From positions 20,460,001 through 20,524,000 of the forward strand of contig CM120642.1 of the NCBI GenBank assembly GCA_051362555.1: DNA of 64,000 bases, given 5' to 3'. The position numbers were made by a program, and so were the translations under genes. Under the pieces are notes generated by a model, which saw nothing but the letters and a program-made list of their open reading frames with translations, had not been told where the DNA came from and did no database searches. Source of the stretch: Lingula anatina (taxonomy: Eukaryota > Animalia > Brachiopoda). How positions within the stretch are numbered: position 1 is the stretch's first letter; each line of letters opens with the position of its first letter. Of this stretch, positions 11,201 through 19,714 are shown piece by piece.

Positions 11201-13633
11201 CGGAAGTGACGGCGCGAAAGGTGATAGCGGTCCACCCGGGCCCACTGGACCCGCGGGAGCACGAGGCCAAACTGGCACTCCCGGCCTTCCTGGTCAGAGT
11301 GGAGAAGATGGAGCTCCCGGTCCCAAAGGGGAAGACGGTGAAGATGGACAACCAGGAGCCCGTGGCCCGCCAGGACCCACGGGGCCCAGTGGGCAACCTG
11401 GACCTAGAGGAGAGGCTGGTGAACCTGGAAGTCCTGGACCGACCGGTCCTGCTGGTCAGCAGGGAGCTGATGGTGAAGATGGACCACCAGGCCCTACAGG
11501 TCCTGCAGGCCCCAGAGGTGAGACAGGAGAAGCGGGAAGTTCGGGTAGTCCAGGTCCACAAGGGCCTACGGGACCGACAGGGGCATCGGGAGATTCAGGA
11601 ATGGTTGACAGTTGCTTTCCAACCTTGCATTGCCCAGTACCTTGCTACAGCGGATATACATCACGTAAGCTTTTTTTCTCGATTTAATCTATTACTTTTT
11701 GGTCCAGTTAAGTGATATTCCAAATTTAATGGAACTGCATTGTTTTTAGAGTAGAACGCGTGCAAATTTTAACAGGTATAGTATTATTGCGGAAGAAATA
11801 AATATATGCATTTGTGTATAATACCATACTTACATCTTAATCGAATTTTCATGCTCTTAGTGTGTAACGGAAATATGTGGCAGAATCCAACAGCGCTGGT
11901 AAGCAGAGCCGTATCTCTCATCGACCAGTGTGGGATATTCCCCCGGAATAACGTTAACTTTCTTTGGCGGTCTTACTGGATGAATCCCTACACCGTCAAT
12001 CTTCCTGGCAGCGGGGGGTGCGGCCCAGGCGGGTGTCTCGGGGGAGGTTTCCCAACTGGTATTCATTATGGCGGCTACCCCGGCCCAAACTCTGGGCCCG
12101 TAGGAGCACCAGCAGGTCTCATGGCTCACTTTCAGCCTCCGGACGGCAGCAACACATCCGTACAGGCGGCGTGGAAAGCAGTCATGAACGTGAACGGCGG
12201 GTCCCCAATGACTGTAGACCCTCAGAAACTTGGGGCGGGCGGACTGTGGCAGGTGAGAAAGAATCTGCTGATATTACACCAATCAGTAGAAGTCGACGAC
12301 AGAACGTTATAATAACGTTACCATAATGTTTTTTTTGTTTTTATCAACGTTATGGTAAAGTTATAATAACGTTATGTGTTTATGGGATAGGAGCGGAGCC
12401 GGTGTGATAGGAATGGTAGTCCTAGGAATGGAAGTGCGGAGTCCCGTATGATTAGTACTAGTTAGGATTAGTCGGATATTGGGGTTAGTATATGGGACGA
12501 TAATGGACCACCTGTACAAATTAATGGGGAACGGAGTACGATTCCCAGCAATCTACCATTCCTGTCACACCGGTAGTGGGGCTTGAGCACTTTTTTCAAC
12601 CAGTTCAGTAATAACCACGAAGGGCAGAGACCTAAGGGAGGGCTGGGTTCCACTGCTTTGAAACTAAATGTAAACTTCAGTGTATCATTAAAATGTTGCG
12701 CCGAGGACTGCGACTTATTTTCTCAACCAGCTTGCAACATCATTTACATCATTTTTTGCCATTTCCCCTTTCTCTGTCGCTAATTGTGTGTCTACTTATG
12801 ATTCCCCCTTGCAGCTTATACTTTTCATCATACGAGCCTGAATAATTTTCATTCGTTAGTAGAATTGTGGATGTTCTACCGCATGTAGCAACGCTTGAAA
12901 TTAAACACATGTTAGATTAAGGGGGTAAGCGACTCAAGCGTTGCAAGTTAATGTATGGCAAGCCAGCAATTTCAAAAAGGGGGGTTCTTTTTCTGAATAT
13001 AGTTTTTCCCATAAAAACTTCATGTACCTAGATCAAATTTTCCCAGAGTGGACCTTTTCCTAGCAAAAAGGGCGGTTCTTCGAACCCCCCGAACCCCCCT
13101 GGCTACGGGCCTGTATGGGTATCTCTGGATAGACTTCAGCCCTTCCTTCAGCTACAAGTGCAAGTGGGTACAAACAAGCCGCCCACTTCCCTTAGCTAGT
13201 ATAGCGTATAGTTATAGGGTTTGGACCTAGGACTATGCGCTACAATGGAGCATCGCAAGATCTCCCCTAAATATTCAAAACTTTGGTATGATTTTCTGCC
13301 TTCCAGGTTCCAGAGAAAATGTTCAACGCCACCAAAAGGGCCGCTGATCGTCGCGCCTTACAGAACTACTACCAACAGATACAACGGCAGTTCTGCGTGG
13401 ATTGGACACAGATGCCGTACGGCTGTTTGCGCAACCCCCTTTACTCCGCCATGGCAACACAGATGTACCTCTTAGTACAGCCCAGGCCAGTGCCCTCGGG
13501 ATGCGCCCAGCAGGCTACGATGTGGTCCAATTTCGTTCAGCAGTCCAATATGCGGCAAGCGTTTGTACAGAACTGTTACTCAGCCCCGAACTATAATCAG
13601 TTGAATCAACAGCTTCAGTATTTTCTTGTGTAA
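1056..13633 (+). CDS. Whole gene model: secreted multidomain collagen (SP-CTLD-like-vWA-SUEL-EGFx6-collagen-lysozyme-like), 18 coding exons, ~1788 aa (1774 aa with the alternative exon 13 acceptor)
   Basis: Hand-joined exons 1056-1167, 1659-1925, 2590-2700, 2910-3218, 3417-3803, 4081-4272, 4992-5027, 5482-5742, 6058-6189, 6650-6892, 7258-7491, 7790-7906, 8399(or 8441)-8647, 8961-9158, 9644-9832, 10054-11664, 11861-12252, 13307-13633. All are GT-AG bounded and frame-compatible without stops. AATAAA follows at 13833. Confidence 0.85.
1659..1925 (+). CDS. Exon 2: N-terminal part of a C-type lectin-like domain
   Basis: TACAG acceptor, GTAAG donor, 267 nt. W..V...C..F...[17 protein letters not shown] matches the CTLD helix-1 pattern (EA..YC...GG.LV). 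Confidence 0.8.
2523..2547. repeat. (GA)n microsatellite
   Basis: Direct observation. Confidence 0.9.
2590..2700 (+). CDS. Exon 3: CTLD-like middle part (FWTGG...VKWNG)
   Basis: TTTGTAG acceptor, GTACAA donor, 111 nt, phase 1-1. FWTG and KWNG resemble the CTLD WIG and W.DG motifs. Confidence 0.7.
2910..3218 (+). CDS. Exon 4: Cys-containing segment ending [11 protein letters not shown] (probable CTLD C-terminal strand with a long insertion)
   Basis: TTTCCAG acceptor, GTAAG donor, 309 nt open frame, phase 1-1. Confidence 0.75.
3417..3803 (+). CDS. Exon 5: von Willebrand factor A domain, first part
   Basis: [12 protein letters not shown] (MIDAS DxSxS), [16 protein letters not shown]; TTTCAG acceptor and GTAATG donor. 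Confidence 0.95.
4081..4272 (+). CDS. Exon 6: vWA domain, second part
   Basis: Translates [37 protein letters not shown]...RACR, the typical vWA C-terminal half. TTTTAAG acceptor, GTAGGT donor, 192 nt. Not in the ORF track. Confidence 0.9.
4992..5027 (+). CDS. Exon 7: 36-nt micro-exon linker ([12 protein letters not shown])
   Basis: Strong TTTCAG acceptor and GTAAGT donor; GC-rich island in an AT-rich intron; phase 1-1. Confidence 0.7.
5482..5742 (+). CDS. Exon 8: SUEL / rhamnose-galactose-binding lectin-like domain (divergent)
   Basis: CE.....LQCP....I.V ... [10 protein letters not shown] ... DC ... LRVNYMC reproduces the SUEL cysteine pattern; GTAAGT donor; 261 nt. Confidence 0.8.
6058..6189 (+). 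CDS. Exon 9: EGF-like domain 1
   Basis: [12 protein letters not shown]...[15 protein letters not shown]; TTTTCAG acceptor and GTAAGT donor; not in the ORF track. Confidence 0.92.
6205..6252. repeat. Compound (CT)n(GT)n(GC)n microsatellite
   Basis: Direct observation. Confidence 0.9.
6650..6892 (+). CDS. Exon 10: EGF-like domains 2 and 3
   Basis: [12 protein letters not shown]...[12 protein letters not shown] and [12 protein letters not shown]...[12 protein letters not shown]; canonical splice sites. Confidence 0.93.
7258..7491 (+). CDS. Exon 11: EGF-like domains 4 and 5
   Basis: [13 protein letters not shown]...[12 protein letters not shown] and [12 protein letters not shown]...[12 protein letters not shown]; canonical splice sites. 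Confidence 0.93.
7790..7906 (+). CDS. Exon 12: EGF-like domain 6
   Basis: [12 protein letters not shown]...[14 protein letters not shown]; TTTTTAG acceptor and GTAAGT donor. Confidence 0.92.
8224..8286. repeat. Compound (CT)n(GT)n microsatellite
   Basis: Direct observation. Confidence 0.95.
8399..8647 (+). CDS. Exon 13: start of the collagen triple helix (Gly-X-Y from 8449); acceptor at 8399 or 8441
   Basis: 22 uninterrupted Gly-X-Y triplets; donor G|GTACAA splits a Gly codon; two frame-compatible acceptors. Confidence 0.88.
8961..9158 (+). CDS. Exon 14: collagen Gly-X-Y (22 triplets, includes one RGD)
   Basis: 198 nt; TTTCAG acceptor and GTGAGA donor; perfect Gly periodicity. Confidence 0.93.
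9232..9374. mobile_element. Degenerate MITE with GGTGTGACAGGAA-type TIR, in intron 14
   Basis: GGTTGTGACAAGAATGGTAGTCCT ... TTCCTGTCACACC; left end is shared with the element at 12399; internal CCCTAACCC. Confidence 0.55.
9505..9539 (+). mobile_element. Possible 3' end of a Helentron-associated (HINE/DINE-like) element
   Basis: CAGAGGTCTGTACTCTCCGGGTGCCTTTCTGGGTT resembles such termini (short hairpin, then TTCT(A/G)GTT). Recognised from memory only. Confidence 0.25.
9644..9832 (+). CDS. Exon 15: collagen Gly-X-Y (21 triplets)
   Basis: 189 nt; CTATAG acceptor and GTGGGC donor; perfect Gly periodicity. Confidence 0.92.
10054..11664 (+). CDS. Exon 16: large collagen exon (~172 triplets, one G-A-G interruption) followed by a Cys-rich neck
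   Basis: 1611 nt open frame; helix ends at GDSGMV and is followed by [19 protein letters not shown]; AACAG acceptor and GTAAGC donor. Confidence 0.95.
11861..12252 (+). CDS. Exon 17: C-terminal non-collagenous domain part 1, with a Gly/Pro-rich insert
   Basis: CTCTTAG acceptor (phase 1), CAG|GTGAGA donor (phase 0); ends ...GAGGLWQ. Confidence 0.85.
12303..12373. repeat. Imperfect 28-bp inverted repeat (hairpin) in intron 17
   Basis: AACGTTATAATAACGTTACCATAATGTT matches the reverse complement of 12346-12373 with 3 mismatches. Confidence 0.7.
12399..12573. mobile_element. MITE with 21-bp TIRs in intron 17
   Basis: CCGGTGTGATAGGAATGGTAG ... CTACCATTCCTGTCACACCGG (1 mismatch); weaker complementarity continues inward. 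Confidence 0.75.
12954..13113. mobile_element. Degenerate non-autonomous DNA transposon with a CAGGCCCGTAGCCAGG-type end
   Basis: Right end GAACCCCCCGAACCCCCCTGGCTACGGGCCTG; eroded left end AGCCAG...AAAAGGGGGGTTC. Confidence 0.45.
13307..13633 (+). CDS. Exon 18: C-terminal domain part 2 and stop codon
   Basis: TTCCAG acceptor, phase 0, gives GGLWQ|VPEKMF...FCVDW...[10 protein letters not shown]...QATMW...; TAA at 13631-13633. Confidence 0.85.
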   Translation, partial: VPEKMFNATKRAADRRALQNYYQQIQRQFCVDWTQMPYGCLRNPLYSAMATQMYLLVQPRPVPSGCAQQATMWSNFVQQSNMRQAFVQNCYSAPNYNQLNQQLQYFLV

Positions 13634-13832
13634 GACATGTGTACCTTCGGCCCAACCGGGCACTGGATTATAACATATTGACATGAGGTGGCGTTGGTTT
13701 AATTGACTTTGATGATAACGGAAATGCAACCCGGTTCCAATTTATGAAAAGCAAGCATTTCTTTATATTTGCTTTAGAATTGGTAATCTGCACTTGAACC
13801 AAACTTTCTGGAGTGTGAAAAATGTATTCTTT

Positions 13833-13838
13833 AATAAA
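13833..13838 (+). promoter_or_regulatory. Probable polyadenylation signal of the collagen gene
   Basis: AATAAA 200 nt after the stop codon. Confidence 0.55.
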
Positions 13839-15530
13839 AAGTTGAATTTGCTGGACTTTAAGATTTAAGATGTGATAGTGCTGAAGTAAAATTGCTGGCT
13901 TCTCAACTATCGCAACGGGGACGTAAACCAGTGTTTAAAATCTCTCTCTCTCTCTCTCAATTATAAACTCTACCACTGCTCCAAGGGATAATTTAATGCC
14001 TTGCAAACAATTATCGAACTACTTATGCAAGATATTCTCGTTTGACAAAAGACATAAAATCAGGGAATTCAATTTTGTTGGACTTAACTATAGATGTATA
14101 GAACTGTTGTTAACACCATGAAAAATTCATCTCCTTACAAGCCATGATCGTTGATTTAAAAAAAATTGATTATCCCTGGAAAGTCTATTAAAATGTTATT
14201 CTGATTAATGAACTACCCCCCCCCCCCCCCATCGTTGTCAGTAAAATAAGTAACTCATAAGGTCAAAGATTATCTGTATTTCTTACAAAAGTATAGAGAA
14301 AAAGAAAGGTTTTGTCTTAAGTTAAAAAATGTAAAAAACGCAAGCTTATATGACAACCATCAAAGTCGGGTTTCATTTAAAACGAAAAAAGTTTGTCCTG
14401 GAGAAGTTCCAAGATGTAAATTAAAACTTCTTAATTCACCAGAAGCGTGACGCGTGTATGTTTCTTTATGTATTAACCGCCGTAACCCTCCTTGCCATGA
14501 CAGATTTAAGACACTCCGGAACTAAAGATTATCTACAAAATGCAAATATGCTGGGAGATAACATACTTAGGGGATAGACTTGACAGCGGAAAAGATTTTT
14601 TAACCGCAAAGTTATTGTGTAGCTAACTGCGAAGTGAACTTATTCACTCAAAATGCATGCATGTAACTCCATAATTTGACACTGAAAGAGGGTTTGTGAA
14701 CTTTTATGAAAATTAGGCTAAATTCATTTGATATTAATTTAGCATGTTTGTTCGTTTTTTTAATTTTTTGTTTATTAATTTTTTTTCAAATCGGTTGAGT
14801 TATTTCATTTTGGTTTACTTAAATAATAGACCCCCACCCCACGTTTAGGACCAATATGAAGACAGTTAAAGCGCAACAATTTAATGATTGTGATTGATTA
14901 TAATATAATATTATCTGCAACGTCTATCTATAATCGTTGTGCCCTCACTATCGTATTTCTCAACGGAAATCTGTAATAACCACGTCAGACCATACCTGTA
15001 AGTGGTCATGCAGTATCTGTTGTTTTTTTTTCTAATATGCAGTGCGTTACCATTTGCCTTGCCTTCAATCAATAAGGTGATGTCGATAAAAATATCATTA
15101 ACAATAAAATAATGAATTAGTAAAAACTCCCTGGACAGATGATTCAAACACGTTATAAATGTCAGTCATAACAGTGCCATTTATTTTCACTAAGTGAACA
15201 GAGCACACGCACCCCCCCCCCCCCCCCCCCCCCGTAAATGTAGCATACGCTGGGATATTTGAAGGTTTAGCTATAATGAGATCTAGAGTTGTGAGTCCTT
15301 ATAAAATGAAGAATATAAAATATAATATAGTGTATTAATAAAAATGACAGTTTTGTAAAAAAAATACTTGTATTAACCTTATCATACTTAGATGTAACCA
15401 GAATTTGTACATGAGTCGAGTCCGTGTTTTTGATAAAACTACTGTTATTTACAGAAAATATATATCTATAGTAGAAAATAACAATTTGTTTCACTGAACA
15501 AGTAATGAATATAATACGATATGGCTCAAA

Positions 15531-16637
15531 TTACTTCTTTTCTCCACAGAGACCACTATTACTCCGCCATGGCGCAAAGCTGTTAATTTGTGACAGAGGC
15601 GTCGGTTGTTTCATCCATTCAATAACCTGGCTACTAGTGACAAAGAAAACGTCATCCATTTTGTTAATGTATCGAATAAAACGCTTTAGTCCATCAAAAG
15701 CTTGGTTATTTTCCAGCCACTTTCCTTGGAAATAAAGCCCGTATGGAGCGCGCTTTCTGTTGTAATATTCCGAGAAAAACTGAGCCAGCAAGACATTGAA
15801 AGTATCGTCTGAGGTGGTCACTTTGCAATCGTCCATCATGGCGCACCCTTGACCGTCTGTGCCGTACATTCGATTAATTGGAATTTCCCAAAGTCCTGGG
15901 TAAGATGCGTTTGGGCAGTTTGAAGGGTAGATATCACAGAGTGTATTATTTGGCGGGATATCTAACGTGAATGGATAGAAAGGTGGGAAAACTGCGTAAT
16001 TGTGTGCCGACGTCGGTCCCGTTACCATGGAGGAATCGTAGGTGAAATTATAGTCTCGCAGCATTCTGTACATGTTATTTCCTCCCGGCTGCAAATATGG
16101 CACTCGCATGCCAGTTATTTTACCCTCGGGTATATCTGTTCCTGTTTCCAAGTTGATTCTCTGTCCGTAGATTTCGTAAACGTAGTCCAAGTAGGAGGCG
16201 CTGTTCCACCACAGAGGAGGCTGTCGTCTGCTCTGGCTGTTACTTGCGATCTCGTGGCCCCGCGCGTATAGCTGCCGGACAGCGTTGTAATCCGTCCTTT
16301 CCTGATCCGGTACGAAAAATGTAGCTGCGATGGGGCATCCGTTGGGATTGATAATGTCGATGGGGAATAATTGTTCGAAGAAGCTGGCAACGTACGCGGT
16401 AACGGCGAGATCAAATGAAACTATGACCATCTGAGGCACAGCGCTGGGGTTTAAATTATTTGGCGGGTTAGGACTCGGGCAGCGACAAGCTGGGGGCTGG
16501 CAGAAGCGCTCCGTACATGGAGCTAGCGGTCCAGATATCAGATCGTAGCACGCCACTGGGCTGAGTTCTCGTAGTAACAAACAGGACGCTGTCAAAATAA
16601 ATAAGATATACCAAGTTCCTGTGTTTTTTCTAGTCAT
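15531..16637 (-). CDS. Secreted chitin deacetylase-like protein (CE4/NodB fold, metazoan CDA type), predicted catalytically inactive, 368 aa, single-exon CDS
   Basis: Signal peptide; C....C..P.CRC...P..L....VPQMV..SFD; NPNGCPI.ATFFV; GHEIAS; GMRVPYLQ.GGN; F.YDSSM; PFTLD; YPGLWEIP; C.M.D.C; RAPYGLYF; DVFFVT.SQVIEWM..P are all motifs of animal CDAs. No CBM14 or LDLa domain. Confidence 0.93.
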   Translation of the reverse strand: MTRKNTGTWYILFILTASCLLLRELSPVACYDLISGPLAPCTERFCQPPACRCPSPNPPNNLNPSAVPQMVIVSFDLAVTAYVASFFEQLFPIDIINPNGCPIAATFFVPDQERTDYNAVRQLYARGHEIASNSQSRRQPPLWWNSASYLDYVYEIYGQRINLETGTDIPEGKITGMRVPYLQPGGNNMYRMLRDYNFTYDSSMVTGPTSAHNYAVFPPFYPFTLDIPPNNTLCDIYPSNCPNASYPGLWEIPINRMYGTDGQGCAMMDDCKVTTSDDTFNVLLAQFFSEYYNRKRAPYGLYFQGKWLENNQAFDGLKRFIRYINKMDDVFFVTSSQVIEWMKQPTPLSQINSFAPWRSNSGLCGEKK

Positions 16638-18358
16638 TGTCTGAGATGCTGTTGATGATGATGATGGTGCTGACGATGAATGAGTACGACCGACCTTCTT
16701 CAGTCACTCATTCAGTCTAACCTTGTATATTTCTTTTCACACACGTGTATACCGTCCTTAAATGAATCTTTTTGAATTTTGGTTGACTTTGCGGTCACTC
16801 TCTTCAAGTGGACTTAGTTGACCTCCAACTTTGACAAGTGTTCTCCACTTGCAGCTTGCCTCCAGTCGATTTATGGGAGGTGCTTCATTAATTCATTTAC
16901 GCTTTCCCTCCTGAAGTGTTTTTTAATTTAAATAAAGTTCACTTCTTGATTTAACCGAAACTTAAGGAATTGGAACCACTATCTATCGTCACACCGAAAT
17001 TGAAACTGAATCAGCTATCCTTCTTCGTTCCTCTCTCTGTCGTGAATGGTAACATTGCTTTTTGAATTATACCACCGAGGAGACAAGGGCCCGTATCTTA
17101 TGGATCTGATCAGATATGAAGGGGTGACGAATTTTGGAAAGGTCGTGAAAATCAGGGAATAGATTTAATGTCTCTTTTGTATCGGTAGAACTTACAAACA
17201 TTAATGTACAAGTTACAATGTAGCTTACTTGATGACAAAAACGCAATTTTTTACTGTACATTTATCTCTGTAGAACTGCCCCTTGAAAACGTTTTATTCA
17301 AGGACCCACTTTGTTTCCCCTTTATGAACTTATGCTAATTTTAACCCTCTGTGCTTTTGCCCGATCGCGCTGATATGGCGTAATTGGTGCACTTGAGTTG
17401 ATAAAGCTTCCTGTAATTAGCCAAGCAAAACAACTGATATGGTAGGTGAGCATGTCGACGTCTTCAGTTTGCAATTTCTATATTAAAAATCTATTTATAC
17501 CAGGTCTTTGTCCAGCCCATAGTTACTTCATTGTTTGCAATATAATAGATACCAGGACTATAATAAAATATATGAACATAGATAATTATCCTTTATTTGA
17601 GGACTGGGCAGTACTGCTACTTAGAATGCAATAAATATTGTGTGATGAATAAGAGCTGGCACGTGAAGGGTTTTCCACTGCATTATAACCGCCCCTTGTC
17701 ATGAGCTATTTCTTTTTGATTTTTCTTTCAAATAAAATTTGAATGATTTTGAATTTATCTAGGGACCACAAATTTAACATTCAGTACATTAGCAATAGAG
17801 GCTCCTACATATAAACTGATGGAATAGACGGGGAGGCAATCTTAACAGACCGCCATTGAGAAATACCAGAAAATTAGCTTAAAAATGTGTATTGTTTATT
17901 TCCTTTTGTAAAACAGTGAGAGTAATGAAAATATAAATGCTTTTCGTAGTAAATAATATTTTGTTATGGTTGAAATTTGTGACTTCAAATGCATACGAGA
18001 TAGCTCTAATTATAGATAAAATTGTATGAATGATAGCGATAGTGATTAGATAAAATCAAAGAAATTGTTTTTGTTTACACCGAACTCCCCATGAGGCGCT
18101 TGTAATTCTTAGTCATATACCGAGTACATATACATGTATGCGTCAAAAGCTTTTCTTAGCGATAGAATCCAAATATTCAGGTTGTGGTCGGGACTTCAGT
18201 CAAAATGCGACAGGTGAGACAAGTAAAACATCAGGCACACCGCAACGCAGATTTTCAGAATAACACAACATGTACAGCTGAAATTGTAAAGTAGAGAGTG
18301 AGTAATCAAGTTTAAAAATCAGTTCTCGATAGTGGGAAACAGTCAGAACTGGCAGTAA

Positions 18359-18400
18359 TTAGACTGAAGTGTTGTTAGACTGAAGTGTTGTTGTCTGAAG
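18359..18400. repeat. Short tandem repeat (TTAGACTGAAGTGTTG, ~2.5 copies)
   Basis: Direct observation. Confidence 0.7.
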
Positions 18401-19714
18401 ATTGTTACAGAGTTTAAACAGTACATCGATAGTACCGCCGTACAAGGTGTACAGAAAGCTGTATCCATCGATAAACAAAATGACACTTTTCGTAAATATT
18501 TATGATATACATGCTGGCATTAAAATGACGAGATTTGACCCGATAAGCTAGTATCCGATGTATCAGATTGCATCGTCGAATCCTTCTTTCTGAAATATAT
18601 CCGCTTTTGTTACCTTCGCTGATACCTTCGCTGAGGGATACCGAACTGAAAGGGGAATCTTATTATTGGGAGTATTCGGGGTATTGTTTATACATAAAAA
18701 GGAGTGTTTCCTTTATTACTGGCCTTTTCCATACACGCGGACGGCTATATATTGTTTGCATTTTCATAAAAACTAAGATTCTACTTTACCCTATTGCCGC
18801 TAATTGTGCATTTTAAAGTGTTCACGATACAAAAATCCCCCGCAAAACTGACAAAATCTCCTGTCTGTATTTACAGAACGACTAGACAAAACCAGGAAAT
18901 ATCAAATATTTGCCTTAGCACTATGTAAAATTCTTCGGCAAATATCGGCTAACATTGGAATATGTTAGCGAGCAGATATACGAGGTATATCAAGCCGTTA
19001 TTACTTGCATCATAGTTCTGTCTTTATTTCGAATTGCAATCAATGCAATCTGAAAACGCGCTCTCTTAAACCTGTTTAAGATTACTGAATAATAAAATTT
19101 TGTTCCATACATCAAGTAATATTGCCGAATATTTGTAGCTTGACATATTGAATTCTGAGCGCGATATTGTACATAGAACCTTGTTAAATCATGTAGAGTA
19201 TATGTTCTAGTCTCCACGCATGTCCAAAGCTACCATGGCCATTGTAAATCATCAATTATTCAATTAACTAATTAACTGCTAACTGTTTGTATCATCGCTC
19301 AAAAAATGATACTATTCTCTGTCAATCATTGCAGTTTTTGGCCCATTGCAACACTGTCAAATGGTCCTTTTTTCCATTTTTAATACTTTGAACGATGCTT
19401 GCGTGGTTTTGATGCTTTTATTTGTTGATTTTATTAAACAAATGTAATTCATCAGCAGTCATAATTCCTCTACACGCGCTCAGTCTATTTCAATCGATAT
19501 TTTCCCGGGCATTGTCACTCTGCAGCGGTTGGTCTTTGGACAATGCAAATTAAAAATAAGGATTTCTTGAACAAACAACTGGGATGGTGTATTGAAACGG
19601 ACTTCTCACAAACCAAGTGGGGGGGGGGGGGAGGTTCGGGATCGTTCAGCATCTTAAATTAACTGCGGTAAAGATCGCGAAATCGCAAACATAAATAATA
19701 AGGGCGTGTCTTGC

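Noticed and set aside
8409-11715. Long antisense and alternate-frame ORFs over the collagen exons (e.g. 10028-10729 -, 10393-11715 +, 10926-11561 -)
   Set aside because: Shadows of GC-rich Gly-X-Y codon periodicity; no independent splice or start signals
11601-13633. Calling the gene a fibrillar, type IV or type VI collagen and giving it a COL symbol
   Set aside because: No COLFI, NC1 or C-terminal vWA; helix length and exon phases differ, so no symbol was assigned
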